Below are positions 36,007 through 46,565 of a stretch of 64,000 nt of DNA, in pieces. The stretch spans positions 203,485 through 267,484 of the forward strand of contig JACROF010000012.1 of assembly GCA_016214555.1 (NCBI GenBank), given 5' to 3'. Each line of letters begins with the position of its first letter. Within the stretch, counting starts at the first letter, position 1. The notes under the pieces were generated by a model. It worked only from the letters and a program-made list of their open reading frames with translations. It was not told the origin of the DNA and made no database searches. This DNA is from Candidatus Levyibacteriota bacterium. Lineage in GTDB: Bacteria > Patescibacteriota > Microgenomatia > Levybacterales > UBA12049. A program made the position numbers and the translations under genes.

Positions 36007-37698
36007 ATGAAAATACTCAGAAGTGATCTGGCTGCTCTTTTATGTATTTTATTGTTTTCTGCACTTTTCGTATCAGATCTTTTTATCTCAAAAGGGCTTC
36101 CAACAACTTTTGATAATCCCTTTCATACAACAAATATCACTCAATTTTTTTTGGCAATAAAAGATGGCGATTTCCCTGTTAGATGGTCTGATGGATTTGG
36201 GAATTATGGACTCCCAATTCCTATTGTAGCACACCAATTAACGAGTTATTTAGGAGCATTACAGCTTTTTTTAGGAATGACTCCTGAGATATCGTTAAAA
36301 ATACTTTACTTCCTCGGTGTATTTTTTTCAGCTCTATTTTTTTATATCTTTATGAGGCTTTATGTTCAAAGAGTATATGCTTTGGTAAGTACATTCATGT
36401 TGACATTCTCCTCATACAGAATATTTGATGTTTATGTAAGAGGGGCGCTTCCAGAAGTTTTTTCTGGGATATTTCTTCCAACTATTTTGATTGGTAGCTT
36501 TCTTTATATAAAGAAACAAAAAATAGCAGGTTTTTACCTTGTAATGATCTCTGTTTTTCTTCTTGCATTAAACCATCCAATGATGCTTTTTCTCTACTCA
36601 TTTATTTTTGTACCTTACATAATTTGGCTCTTGTTAGCAGATGAAAAAATTACTATTTCTACACTATTGAAAACATTTACAAGTAGAAAGGCAGTTATAT
36701 TGGTATTTTCCGGATGTGTAGGAGTTATGATGGCTTCATTTTACTTAATTCCACTAACGAAGGAAATAAAATATTTTTATTTTGGGCATCTAGATAATCC
36801 ATTTAATAAAAATAGCTTTTTATCACTGGCAAACATATTTAGCAACACATGGCCGTATTTTACAGATAAAGAAATTTCACCACGAGGACATGTAGTACTA
36901 CTTGGTTTAGTTGAATCATTTTTGGTGCTATTTGGTGCAATTATTCTTATTATAGAAAAATTTAAAAAAAAGGGAAAAATCGGCACATCTTTACTTTTTT
37001 TTGCAATACTTGAGTGTTTTTTTCTCCTATTTATTATGTCTCCATTTGCATCCACTTTATTTACATCAAATAAATTTCTAGGAAATATTCAGTTCCAATG
37101 GAGAATTTTATCAGTATTTATTTTTATCCCTCCGATCATTTTGGGTTATAGCTTATCAAAATTTCATAAGAACAGCTTTGTTATTGTAGCTATCGTCGTA
37201 ATTTCATTCATCAGTTTTCCTCAAATTTATGGTAAAAATTATCAAGTGATTAATGAAGGCGTATACTATTTTACGCCATATAATGTTCATTCAATTATGA
37301 TGAACACCATATGGACTGGCAAAACAGAAGAGTACCCAGTTCGAGGAAATAAAAGTGATATTATTGATGGAAAGGGAAAAATCGATCAACTATTTGTTTT
37401 AAATTCAAAAAGAGCCTATCAAATAGATGCAAAAACTCCACTTAGGCTAGTTGATTACACTTTTTATTTTCCAGGATGGCAGGTCAGCGTAGATGGTTCT
37501 CCAAGCGATATTGAATTTCAGGACCCTCAATTTCGAGGTGTAATTACGTATCATGTGCCGCAAGGGAAACATAAGGTATTAATAGAATTTAAAGAAACAA
37601 AACTTCGCTTGTTTGCTGATATAATAAGTATGGTTGGGTTGATGTTATTTATCATGTTGTTATTTTTAAAAAATAAGATCAATAGATTCATTTCATGA
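36007..37698 (+). CDS. YfhO-like GT-C membrane glycosyltransferase, paralog family A (3 of 4)
   Basis: FPVRWSDGFGNYGLPIPIV, YVRGALPE, C-terminal YFPGWQVSVDGS. Confidence 0.5.
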   Translation: MKILRSDLAALLCILLFSALFVSDLFISKGLPTTFDNPFHTTNITQFFLAIKDGDFPVRWSDGFGNYGLPIPIVAHQLTSYLGALQLFLGMTPEISLKILYFLGVFFSALFFYIFMRLYVQRVYALVSTFMLTFSSYRIFDVYVRGALPEVFSGIFLPTILIGSFLYIKKQKIAGFYLVMISVFLLALNHPMMLFLYSFIFVPYIIWLLLADEKITISTLLKTFTSRKAVILVFSGCVGVMMASFYLIPLTKEIKYFYFGHLDNPFNKNSFLSLANIFSNTWPYFTDKEISPRGHVVLLGLVESFLVLFGAIILIIEKFKKKGKIGTSLLFFAILECFFLLFIMSPFASTLFTSNKFLGNIQFQWRILSVFIFIPPIILGYSLSKFHKNSFVIVAIVVISFISFPQIYGKNYQVINEGVYYFTPYNVHSIMMNTIWTGKTEEYPVRGNKSDIIDGKGKIDQLFVLNSKRAYQIDAKTPLRLVDYTFYFPGWQVSVDGSPSDIEFQDPQFRGVITYHVPQGKHKVLIEFKETKLRLFADIISMVGLMLFIMLLFLKNKINRFIS

Positions 37699-39419
37699 AG
37701 ATCATCAATACATATAAATTTCTTCTTGTCATTATTTTTTTTAGTTTTGTTTTCAGGGGGTTATACCTAAATTATGTTCCAACGGCGACAAACAATGATC
37801 AACTCCATTATCTCCTTGATGGTAAGTCAATGTATGTAACAGGCAAAAACCTTGCAGGAGATAGATCACTTTTTGATATCTTAATGTTTCATTACCCAAA
37901 AAATGAAACAGTTCAAGCTGAGCTTCCTTATATTTTTTCGATAATTACTGTTGGCCCTTTTTCATTTTCCCTTGCTCATGCAGCTATGCTTAGTGTCTTT
38001 TTAGGAGTAGGTGTCGTGATTTTGCTGTATTTCATAGGTAAATTTCTTATTAATGAAAAATTTGGAGTTATTCTTGCTCTCCTTGCTTCATCCAATCCAT
38101 GGTTTATCTCAATGAGTAGGAGCTCGTATGAAATGATCTCAGCGACATTTTTTTACCTACTTACTTTTTTTATATTTCAGATAGCTAAAGGAAAATATTT
38201 ATATCTTGCAATCCCAGCGATGCTTTTAAGCTTTTATTCTTATATTGGAACAAAATTAATATTTTTACCCTTTGTTGCAATCTGTATTGTATATTCGTAT
38301 CTAGTTCTTCAAAAGAAAAAGTATAAAAAGGAATTTATTATCATTTTTTCTTTTTCAGTTCTGTTGATGGCTTTTTTCTTTTTTCAACTTTCTAGACAGC
38401 CAGAACTTTCAAGGGTTAATGAACTTTTTTTACCATGGAATTCACATGTCACCAAAAACGTTGATCATCTAAGGCATGTGTCTTTAGTGTCTCCTCTGTC
38501 GTCGATTGTTGATAATAAGTACACAGTATATGTGAGGACTGTTATCGCCAATATAGCTAATGTATTTTCTCCTGGTTATCTTTTTGAATATGGTGATTAT
38601 TTTTATTCATTAGAGAGGTACGGAATCTTTCATATCATTGATGCAGCTTTTTTGATTATTGGATGCATTTTTTTCTTTACAAAAATGAAAAAGAAATCAG
38701 TCGTCTTCCTATTTTTAATCGGTATTAGTATTCTTCCTCAAATATTTCATGATCCAGAAGGCACAGGAAATTTTACACCTCACATTACCCTTTTGATCCC
38801 ATTTTTACTTATTGTTATTGCATATGGGATTTATTTTCTTATTGAACTTGATGAAGTTAAGAAATATAGAAAAGTAATTTGTTTATTTATCATAGGAGCG
38901 TACCTAGCATCTCTTTTGCATTTTTCACAAGTTTATTTTTTTCATCATCCTCTTGTTGGGAATATTGTTTCATTTCCAAACAGAGCAGTTGCTTCATATA
39001 TTAGTAGAGCTTCTCAGAGTAAGAAGATTGTTGCACATGTCAGTAACCCTCAGCTGTCAGTTAGAGATTATCTTTTTTATGCAAATGCGATGAATAATAA
39101 AAATGTATCAGAGGTTAGTAGTAAATTGAGGAACAAGAATTACGTATTTAAGAACGTTTTGTTTGTTCAATGTACTGATGAAGTTGATGAGAGAGGCGCA
39201 ACTGTTGTTTATGAATCGATGTGTAATCATAAAACAAAGGAAAATGGTCTTGAACTGGCTCAGCTTCGCGATAGCGCAGCAGCGTACGAAATTAATAATG
39301 ACAATTTGTGTAGTAGGTTTGGGCAAAAAAACTTCATATCCTCTGTTCCTTTCAGAAATTTACATATTGAGGCAATAAGCGATAAAGAGTTTTGTGAGAC
39401 TTATGTTATAAATTTATAA
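37695..39419 (+). CDS. Polytopic GT-C-type membrane glycosyltransferase (PMT_2/ArnT-like, divergent)
   Basis: ~12 TM with a first-loop acidic motif (NNDQLHYLLDG) and a large C-terminal soluble domain. Similar overall architecture to the WDE-family paralogs, but divergent. Confidence 0.4.
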   Translation: MKIINTYKFLLVIIFFSFVFRGLYLNYVPTATNNDQLHYLLDGKSMYVTGKNLAGDRSLFDILMFHYPKNETVQAELPYIFSIITVGPFSFSLAHAAMLSVFLGVGVVILLYFIGKFLINEKFGVILALLASSNPWFISMSRSSYEMISATFFYLLTFFIFQIAKGKYLYLAIPAMLLSFYSYIGTKLIFLPFVAICIVYSYLVLQKKKYKKEFIIIFSFSVLLMAFFFFQLSRQPELSRVNELFLPWNSHVTKNVDHLRHVSLVSPLSSIVDNKYTVYVRTVIANIANVFSPGYLFEYGDYFYSLERYGIFHIIDAAFLIIGCIFFFTKMKKKSVVFLFLIGISILPQIFHDPEGTGNFTPHITLLIPFLLIVIAYGIYFLIELDEVKKYRKVICLFIIGAYLASLLHFSQVYFFHHPLVGNIVSFPNRAVASYISRASQSKKIVAHVSNPQLSVRDYLFYANAMNNKNVSEVSSKLRNKNYVFKNVLFVQCTDEVDERGATVVYESMCNHKTKENGLELAQLRDSAAAYEINNDNLCSRFGQKNFISSVPFRNLHIEAISDKEFCETYVINL

Positions 39420-41012
39420 GTTTTTACTTCTTTTTACACCAATAATAAGAAGAAGAACGATCACTGAGCCTATCGATAGCATATTTGAAAACATTCTTAT
39501 TTTTGTATCTTCAAAGATAATTTCAATAAAATGGTTGCCTTTGTTAATTGTGAAAGTTATCAGTCCTTGATGATGTGGGTCCTGAAATTGAACAGGCACT
39601 TTTTTTCCATCAACATATACATTCCATCCTGGGAAATAGAGTGTATTATCTAATATTGTTAGTTCATCATGGGAGTAGGAATTGAAAGTATGCTTTATTG
39701 ATTTTTTGGATACATTTTTTATTTCACCGCTTCCGCCTATAATCTCAATATTTTTTTTTATTTCTCTTTCTGGATCACCAGGAGACCATATGGGAGTTGC
39801 CTCTGCTCGAAATGTGCTACTCCCACGATAATGCTGATAAAAAGAGTCTTTGTGAGTTTGAGATGGAATTATTTTTATAAAAGGTATCGCATAGAGTATA
39901 GAACAAAAAGCAAGAAGTACTAAAAATTTTATCGATATTTTTTTGTATAGGGATGAAAATAAGACAGCAGTTGAGAGCGATGATAGCATCATAAATCTCC
40001 ATGGAAATTGAAACTTTTTTAAAAAATCACTTTTCTCCCATAGAAAAATAGAAAAATTTGTGCTTAGAAATAATCCAATTAAAAAAACGATGATCCAGAA
40101 TGCTAGTATGGATTCATTAGCTCTTTTTTTAATAAAATAGTACAAACCTAGCACAGCTACTATTAATGCTGGTATTCCCACTTGGGGAGATAAGCCACCG
40201 ATTTTATTTACATCATCATCAAAACCCCACGGTGAATAGAACAAGCTTGTTAGTTGTAAAAAATGATCTTTGTACATATCTTTATGGAAAATAAGAAAGC
40301 TCATGTATTTTGACTCAATAAGTGAGGGTATCCAAAAATAAGATGAAATGCCAAGTCCAAATAGGAGAATAGGAAGCCACGTACGTAATTTGTGTCTTCT
40401 TATAAGGCAATAGAAGACAAATATTGGAGTAATCATTAGACTAACGCCATTATGGGAAAGAAGTATTAGGGTATACGCAAGTATTCCAAGAAGTAGCTTT
40501 TTGTTTTTCGCATCTACAGAGTAAAAGATTAATGGTATCAGGCTATATGCTAATATTTCTCCGATAGAACCTCTCACTAGTGTTGTTAGGAATCGATACG
40601 GCATGACTGTATAAAAAATACTTGATACAAACGCAAAATTTTTATTCGTAAGTTCTTTTGTCCATAGAAACCAAAAAACAGGTCCAAGAATAAACGAAAA
40701 GATAAGTAAGAGCGTATACGAGTTTTCAAGAGATAATCCCAGCAGATGGAAGAGTGCTGTTATGTATCCTGCGAAAGGATAAAATACGAGAAAAATTGGA
40801 GAACCATACCCAAAATTAAGTAGCGGTGCCCATCTGGGAGGAAATTGCATTTCAATTAGTGCATTCGCATAAGCATTTTCTCTAACAATGTGAACAAGCC
40901 CATCGTGGGTTATGAAGAAAGGGTGAAAAAAAATTGGTAAAAGTAATACAAGTGAAAATACGATAAGTATACTTACTATCCATAATGATGGTAGGTGAAG
41001 CAGTCTTTGCAT
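39414..41012 (-). CDS. YfhO-like GT-C membrane glycosyltransferase, paralog family A (4 of 4), inverted orientation
   Basis: FITHDGLVH...FPPRWAPLLNFGYGSPIFLVFYP, LVRGSIGE, C-terminal YFPGWNVYVDGK. The only family member on the minus strand. Confidence 0.5.
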   Translation of the reverse strand: MQRLLHLPSLWIVSILIVFSLVLLLPIFFHPFFITHDGLVHIVRENAYANALIEMQFPPRWAPLLNFGYGSPIFLVFYPFAGYITALFHLLGLSLENSYTLLLIFSFILGPVFWFLWTKELTNKNFAFVSSIFYTVMPYRFLTTLVRGSIGEILAYSLIPLIFYSVDAKNKKLLLGILAYTLILLSHNGVSLMITPIFVFYCLIRRHKLRTWLPILLFGLGISSYFWIPSLIESKYMSFLIFHKDMYKDHFLQLTSLFYSPWGFDDDVNKIGGLSPQVGIPALIVAVLGLYYFIKKRANESILAFWIIVFLIGLFLSTNFSIFLWEKSDFLKKFQFPWRFMMLSSLSTAVLFSSLYKKISIKFLVLLAFCSILYAIPFIKIIPSQTHKDSFYQHYRGSSTFRAEATPIWSPGDPEREIKKNIEIIGGSGEIKNVSKKSIKHTFNSYSHDELTILDNTLYFPGWNVYVDGKKVPVQFQDPHHQGLITFTINKGNHFIEIIFEDTKIRMFSNMLSIGSVIVLLLIIGVKRSKNL

Positions 41013-41082
41013 ATAATGATATTCTATATGACTTTATTTATTTCTGTACAGAGATTTTTAGATTATAACTAGTGGAGATCAT

Positions 41083-41829
41083 TTGTGTTTCATGTATAAT
41101 AATATAATTGTGAAATTATCGATTATTATTCCTGTTTATAATGAAGAGAAGACAATATCTGAAGTTGTTCGTGAAGTTAACGATGTAGTAATACCTGAGG
41201 TAAAGAAAGAAATAATCATCGTTAATGATTGCTCTACTGATAATACAGAAAGTGTCCTAAATAAGATAAAACAAGCAAGTAAGGATTTGATTATCATTAA
41301 TCATGAAAAAAATAAAGGGAAAGGCGCTGCTGTCAGAACAGGGTTTTCACATGCAACTGGTGATTATGTGATTATCCAAGATGCCGATTTAGAATATAAC
41401 CCTCAAGATTTTAAAAAATTGATTAAGCCGATCGTAAAAGGTGAAGCGCAGGTAGTCTATGGGACACGTTTGAAAAAAATGCCAGACTTGAGCGGGCATG
41501 GAACGATGTCTAAGACAAGATTTCTTCTCCATTTTTTTGGAAACAGGTTTTTGAGTTTGATTACAAGCATCCTTTATCTTCAATGGATAACTGATATGGA
41601 GACTTGTTATAAAATTTTTCCAAGAAAATTTCTTAAAAAAGTAACATTGAACGGTGAAGGTTTTAACTTTGAACCAGAAATAACCGCTAAGCTGGTGAAG
41701 TCAGGATATAAAATTGTTGAACTTCCCATTACGACTAAGCCTCGTGGATATAATGAGGGTAAAAAACTGCAAACATTCCCTGAGGGATTTAGTGCTTTGT
41801 GGACGTTGCTAAAATATAGATTTGTCTAG
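41083..41829 (+). CDS. GT2 polyprenol-phosphate sugar synthase (DPM1/GtrB-like), third copy
   Basis: LSIIIPVYNEE, IIIVNDCSTDNT, IQDAD (DxD) motifs; C-terminal region typical of the family. Confidence 0.85.
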   Translation: MCFMYNNIIVKLSIIIPVYNEEKTISEVVREVNDVVIPEVKKEIIIVNDCSTDNTESVLNKIKQASKDLIIINHEKNKGKGAAVRTGFSHATGDYVIIQDADLEYNPQDFKKLIKPIVKGEAQVVYGTRLKKMPDLSGHGTMSKTRFLLHFFGNRFLSLITSILYLQWITDMETCYKIFPRKFLKKVTLNGEGFNFEPEITAKLVKSGYKIVELPITTKPRGYNEGKKLQTFPEGFSALWTLLKYRFV

Positions 41830-43519
41830 TATGTCAAAAGCTCTCGTTTTTATCAATAAATGGTCAATTGGCATTTTGATTGCAATAACTCTTCTTGCCG
41901 CGATTTTAAGAATATATCATCTTGATCAAGTTCCAATTGGTTTTCATGCAGATGAAGCATATTTTGGATATAATGCTTATTCCATTTCGAAGTCATTACA
42001 AGATGCAACAGGAAATGTTTTGCCACTACATTTAGAATCATTCCTCTATAGTCCTGCTGGATATTCGTACATAGCAATACCATCGATCGTATTTTTCGGA
42101 CTTACTTCTTTTGCAATACGGTTACCAGGAGCACTATTTGGGATTGCGACAATTTTTTTTGTTTTTTTCCTCATAAAAGAGCTGTATAAAGATCAAAAAC
42201 ATAATAATATTCTTGGAATTGTTGTCAGTAGTCTTTTAGCAATTAGTCCGTGGCATATTAATCTCTCTCGAGCTTCAGCAGAGATTGTTGTCGTGGTTTT
42301 TTTAATTATGCTTGGCACATTTTTTTATAGTAAGTGGGTGGATCAGGGGAAAAAACTATTTATCTCTCTTTCTTTTATTTTCTTTACTGTTTCTTATGTT
42401 TTTTATCAAGCGCCTAGAGCTTTTCTTCCATTATTTATTCCTATCCTTTTTCTATTATATCGACCAAAGATTTCCGCCAAAAAGTTAGCTATTTTGATAG
42501 GTGCATATACGATCTGTATCGTTCTTCCAGTTGTAATGGTGCTTACATCAGATGTTCTTTCGTATAGGCTTAAGATGCTTTCTATTTTTAATTCACCACG
42601 GACAAACGCTTTGCTTTTTGAATCAATCACAGAAGATGGCCACCGTCAAAGGCCAGTTGCAGAGGTAAGATTATTTCATAACAAGGTAGCAGGATATGCT
42701 TCAGAAGTATTTACGGGTTACATGAAGCATCTATCATATGATTTTCTCTTCACTGACCAAGGATTTCCAGATAGATATCGTATCCCTAAGATGGGATTAT
42801 TATATATATTTGAATTACCACTTTTGCTGATTGGGATTTATTCGATAATCAGAAATAGGCATAAAATAGGATTCTTGTCGATTGCCTGGATTTTGATAGG
42901 ATTTGTTGGAGCATCTCTTACTTATGATGACATTCCAAATCTTCAGAGGACCCTCATTATATTTCCTGCACTTCATATAATTATTGGATTTGGATTATTC
43001 TATCTTTTTACAAACATCCCTAAGAGGTATCTAGCAAGGGTAAGTATTGCATGTATTTGTGTAGTATTTTATTTTTTCTTTTATTATCTTCATCAATATT
43101 ACTCTCATCAATTTATTCATAAGCCAATTTATAGACAACAAGGTTATGAGGGATTGGTCAATGCTATCCAGCAGGAATTACCAAGTTATAAAAGTATTCA
43201 TATAACATCGAACGAATCTTCCCCTCTCATATTATTTCTTTTTTATCTTTCATACGATCCTCGAGTTTTTCATGCTTATATATCTAGTAGAGAGCATAAT
43301 TATCTCAATGAGGATTTTGGGAAAATTAGTCTTGATAAATACATTTTTATACCAGAGGATTGCCCAAGTGAAAAAAATACTGACCCACTTATTTTATCTG
43401 TTGATTTAGGAAAGTGTGGTGTGTCTGATAAAAAAAATGTAGTTAAGGAAATTATGAGAAGCGATGGTAGTGTAATATTTAGACTTGTTAAGACTGGTCA
43501 AACGCAGGAGTCATTATGA
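41822..43519 (+). CDS. PMT_2/ArnT-like GT-C glycosyltransferase (GT39/83-type), WDE-family paralog 1 of 4
   Basis: First-loop motif FHADEAYFGYNAYSI; ~11 TM plus a C-terminal periplasmic domain. Clear paralog of 49740, 51435 and 53054. Confidence 0.65.
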   Translation: MSSMSKALVFINKWSIGILIAITLLAAILRIYHLDQVPIGFHADEAYFGYNAYSISKSLQDATGNVLPLHLESFLYSPAGYSYIAIPSIVFFGLTSFAIRLPGALFGIATIFFVFFLIKELYKDQKHNNILGIVVSSLLAISPWHINLSRASAEIVVVVFLIMLGTFFYSKWVDQGKKLFISLSFIFFTVSYVFYQAPRAFLPLFIPILFLLYRPKISAKKLAILIGAYTICIVLPVVMVLTSDVLSYRLKMLSIFNSPRTNALLFESITEDGHRQRPVAEVRLFHNKVAGYASEVFTGYMKHLSYDFLFTDQGFPDRYRIPKMGLLYIFELPLLLIGIYSIIRNRHKIGFLSIAWILIGFVGASLTYDDIPNLQRTLIIFPALHIIIGFGLFYLFTNIPKRYLARVSIACICVVFYFFFYYLHQYYSHQFIHKPIYRQQGYEGLVNAIQQELPSYKSIHITSNESSPLILFLFYLSYDPRVFHAYISSREHNYLNEDFGKISLDKYIFIPEDCPSEKNTDPLILSVDLGKCGVSDKKNVVKEIMRSDGSVIFRLVKTGQTQESL

Positions 43520-44433
43520 AAAAAGTTATTGTTTCTATCTTAGATTATAATGGACAGGATAAAACTCTTGCCTGTTTAAGATCGCTTGAAAATCTTGTTC
43601 TTCCTGATATCTTTCTTGAAGTTCTTGTAATAGATAATTACCCTCAAGGAAAATTTACTGTAGATAAAAAGCTCTTTCCATCACTTGAAATAACAATAAT
43701 TAAAACTAAAGAAAACAAAGGGTTTGCGGGGGGGCATAATGTGGGGTTTGAATACGCAATTAAAAAACAAATAGATTTTATTGTCATCTTGAATAATGAT
43801 ACTTATGTTGATAAAAATCTTATTAAGGAGTTAGTGAGATCAGCTGAGGAAAATCCTCAACGCGCAGCTGTAGTTCCAAAAATATATTTTGCAAAAGGCT
43901 TTGAGTATCATAAGGATCGTTATAAAAAGGATGAGCTGGGAAAGGTTTTTTGGTACGCAGGGGGCAGTATTGATTGGGACAATATTAATGGTGTTCACAG
44001 GGGAGTGGATGAGGTAGATAAAAAGCAGTATGATGATGAGCAAGAAACAGAGCTTTTAACAGGCTGCTGCGTATTGTTTAGAACTGATATTCTTCAAAAA
44101 ACAGGAGGGTTTGATGACCGATATTTTCTTTATTACGAAGATGCAGATCTTAATGAGAGAATCCATAGGCTTGGTTTTGTGATTTGGTACAACCCAAATG
44201 CAGTTCTCTGGCATATTAATGCAGGTTCAACTGGGGGGTCTGGATCAAATCTTCAGGATTATTTTATAAGTAGAAACCGCTTATTGTTTGGATTTCGATT
44301 CGCTCGTTTTAGAACAAAAGCCGCACTTTTGAGAGAAAGCGTAAGGATACTTTTCACAGGTCGGAAATGGCAAAGAAAAGGAGTAATAGATTTTTTTCGA
44401 CATAGGTATGGGAAGGGTAGTTTTGCTTTATGA
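43516..44433 (+). CDS. GT2 family glycosyltransferase (rhamnosyltransferase/WbbL-like)
   Basis: ENKGFAGGHNVG, ILNNDT, YYEDADL motifs. Confidence 0.8.
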   Translation: MKKVIVSILDYNGQDKTLACLRSLENLVLPDIFLEVLVIDNYPQGKFTVDKKLFPSLEITIIKTKENKGFAGGHNVGFEYAIKKQIDFIVILNNDTYVDKNLIKELVRSAEENPQRAAVVPKIYFAKGFEYHKDRYKKDELGKVFWYAGGSIDWDNINGVHRGVDEVDKKQYDDEQETELLTGCCVLFRTDILQKTGGFDDRYFLYYEDADLNERIHRLGFVIWYNPNAVLWHINAGSTGGSGSNLQDYFISRNRLLFGFRFARFRTKAALLRESVRILFTGRKWQRKGVIDFFRHRYGKGSFAL

Positions 44434-45191
44434 AAAAAAATACTTTAACAGGTGTGGTTATAGCCAGAAATGAAGAGGAAATGATAGGCGAATGTCTTGA
44501 ATCCCTTAGTTTTTGTGACTCTATTTTAGTTGTTGATAATAATTCATCAGATAACACTTCAAAAATAGCAAAAAAGAAGGGAGCTAAAGTTGTTTTTGCA
44601 GATTCTCATGATTTTTCAAGACTACGAAATTTTGCTTTGGATAAGATGTCATCTGATTATGTTCTCTATTTAGATGCTGATGAGCGAGTCAGCAAAGACC
44701 TTGCCAGCGAGATACTCAGTGTTCTTGCTGATAAAATTGATGTAGGAGCATTTTTTATACCTCGCCAAAATTATTATTTTGGGAATCATCTATGGCCAAA
44801 GAATGAGCGACTCGAGAGGCTTTTTAAGAAAAGTGCGTTAAAAGAGTGGAGAGGGATTCTTCATGAGTCACCAGTTGTTGTTGGTCCAATTGGCGAATTA
44901 CATAACCCAATTTTTCATTATACCCATAGAAATCTGTCATCAATGGTAGCAAAAACAAATGAATGGTCACTTAAAGAGGCAGAATTAAGACTCCAGGCAA
45001 ATCATCCTCCAGTATCATGGTGGAGATTTCCAAGAATTATGTTAAGCGCATTCCTTCAGTCATATATCAAGCAACAAGGCTATAAAGCAGGATATATTGG
45101 GATAATAGAAAGTATTTATCAGGCTTTTAGCATGTTTATTACTTACGCAAAATTATGGGAGCTTCAGCAGCAGAAGGTAGTAAAGGAATAA
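44430..45191 (+). CDS. GT2 family glycosyltransferase ('DADE' type), paralog 2 of 3
   Basis: GVVIARNEE, ILVVDNNSSDNT, YLDADE motifs; aligns along its length with 34473 and 58492. Confidence 0.8.
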   Translation: MKKNTLTGVVIARNEEEMIGECLESLSFCDSILVVDNNSSDNTSKIAKKKGAKVVFADSHDFSRLRNFALDKMSSDYVLYLDADERVSKDLASEILSVLADKIDVGAFFIPRQNYYFGNHLWPKNERLERLFKKSALKEWRGILHESPVVVGPIGELHNPIFHYTHRNLSSMVAKTNEWSLKEAELRLQANHPPVSWWRFPRIMLSAFLQSYIKQQGYKAGYIGIIESIYQAFSMFITYAKLWELQQQKVVKE

Positions 45192-45194
45192 ATA

Positions 45195-45431
45195 CTAGTT
45201 TGATTTTTTGAGGAATTTTTTCCAGGACTTTATTTCTTCGATCGTCAATTTCTTTTTTGCAAATTTAAAAAGATATATAATCTCAACGATTCCTACCGTA
45301 TTAATTACCAAAATAGCCACAAACCATAATTTTTGATCATTCTTGCTTGATCTCCACAATGCGATACCTTTCCAAACAAGTGACCAAAGTCCGACAACAT
45401 ATAACCATAATGGATAATTTGCAGTTGGCAT
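45195..45431 (-). CDS. Small 2-TM membrane protein (78 aa), hypothetical
   Basis: Two hydrophobic helices flanking a Trp/Lys-rich loop. Opposite strand within the cluster. Confidence 0.4.
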   Translation of the reverse strand: MPTANYPLWLYVVGLWSLVWKGIALWRSSKNDQKLWFVAILVINTVGIVEIIYLFKFAKKKLTIEEIKSWKKFLKKSN

Positions 45432-45485
45432 ATTACTATCCTATCATAGGTACTCAACAATTGCAAAACTTGTTACAATAGTAAT

Positions 45486-46565
45486 ATGAAAGTGGCAATT
45501 TTTGATCCTTACCTCGATACGATGTCTGGCGGAGAGAGATATATGCTTTCAATTGCTCTATGCTTACAGAACGATCATCAGGTCTCTATTTTATGGGACA
45601 AGACACCCGAAGATGAGATCATCTCTCTTGCAAAAAAAAGATTTTCGTATGATCTTAGTCAATGTAATTTTGTTCCATCATTTTTTTCTCCTCAAATTGG
45701 GACTTTTGCAAGATACAAGAAAAGCAAGGAATTTGATTTAATTATTTATCTTAGCGATGGGAGTATTCCTGTCGTAGGGTGTAATCTTTTTATACATTTT
45801 CAGTCTCCTATGCCATGGGTAAAAGGGAGGTCTTTGAAAAACATAATAAAATTGAGTCGTGCAAAAAAAATAATCTGTAACTCACAATTTACAAAAAAGT
45901 ACATAGATGAATTGTATGGTGTTAGAAGTATTGTGCTGTATCCGCCAGTATCAATTATGGAGAATTCTGAGTTCAAAAAAGAGAATGTCGTTCTTAATGT
46001 TGGAAGATTTGGAGTTAATCATGCTGGTTCAAGTTATAAAAAGCAGGATATTATGGCAGAGGTTTTCAAGAAAATGTCAGATAAAAATAGTATCAAGCAA
46101 TGGAAGCTGGTATTAGTTATGAGCGTACACGATCAAGATATGGAAAGAGTGGAAGAATTCAAAAAAAAGTATGCAGGTTTACCAATAGATTTTGTTATCA
46201 ATCCAGACAATGATACGCTTTGGGAATATTACAGTAGAGCAAAGATTTATTGGCATGCAGCAGGATTTGGTGAAGATATAATTAACCATCCAGATAGAGC
46301 AGAACATTTTGGAATTTCCACTGTTGAAGCAATGGGAGCTGGAGTAGTTCCAGTTGTTTTTGAGGCTGGAGGACAGAAAGAAATCGTTAAAAACAATGAA
46401 AACGGTATTCTATGGAAAACAAATGAAGAACTTGAGAACGCTACGATTCAGCTAATGAATGATGCCAACCTGTTGAGTAAGCTTTCAAAGCGTGCAGCAT
46501 CAGACGCGAAATTTTTTTCAATTGATACATTTTGCCAAAATGTTCAGACAGTAGTACAAAAATGA
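45486..46565 (+). CDS. GT4 family (GT-B, Glycos_transf_1) glycosyltransferase
   Basis: C-terminal EHFGISTVEAMGAGVVPVV....G..EIV matches the retaining GT4 E-x7-E signature. Confidence 0.8.
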   Translation: MKVAIFDPYLDTMSGGERYMLSIALCLQNDHQVSILWDKTPEDEIISLAKKRFSYDLSQCNFVPSFFSPQIGTFARYKKSKEFDLIIYLSDGSIPVVGCNLFIHFQSPMPWVKGRSLKNIIKLSRAKKIICNSQFTKKYIDELYGVRSIVLYPPVSIMENSEFKKENVVLNVGRFGVNHAGSSYKKQDIMAEVFKKMSDKNSIKQWKLVLVMSVHDQDMERVEEFKKKYAGLPIDFVINPDNDTLWEYYSRAKIYWHAAGFGEDIINHPDRAEHFGISTVEAMGAGVVPVVFEAGGQKEIVKNNENGILWKTNEELENATIQLMNDANLLSKLSKRAASDAKFFSIDTFCQNVQTVVQK

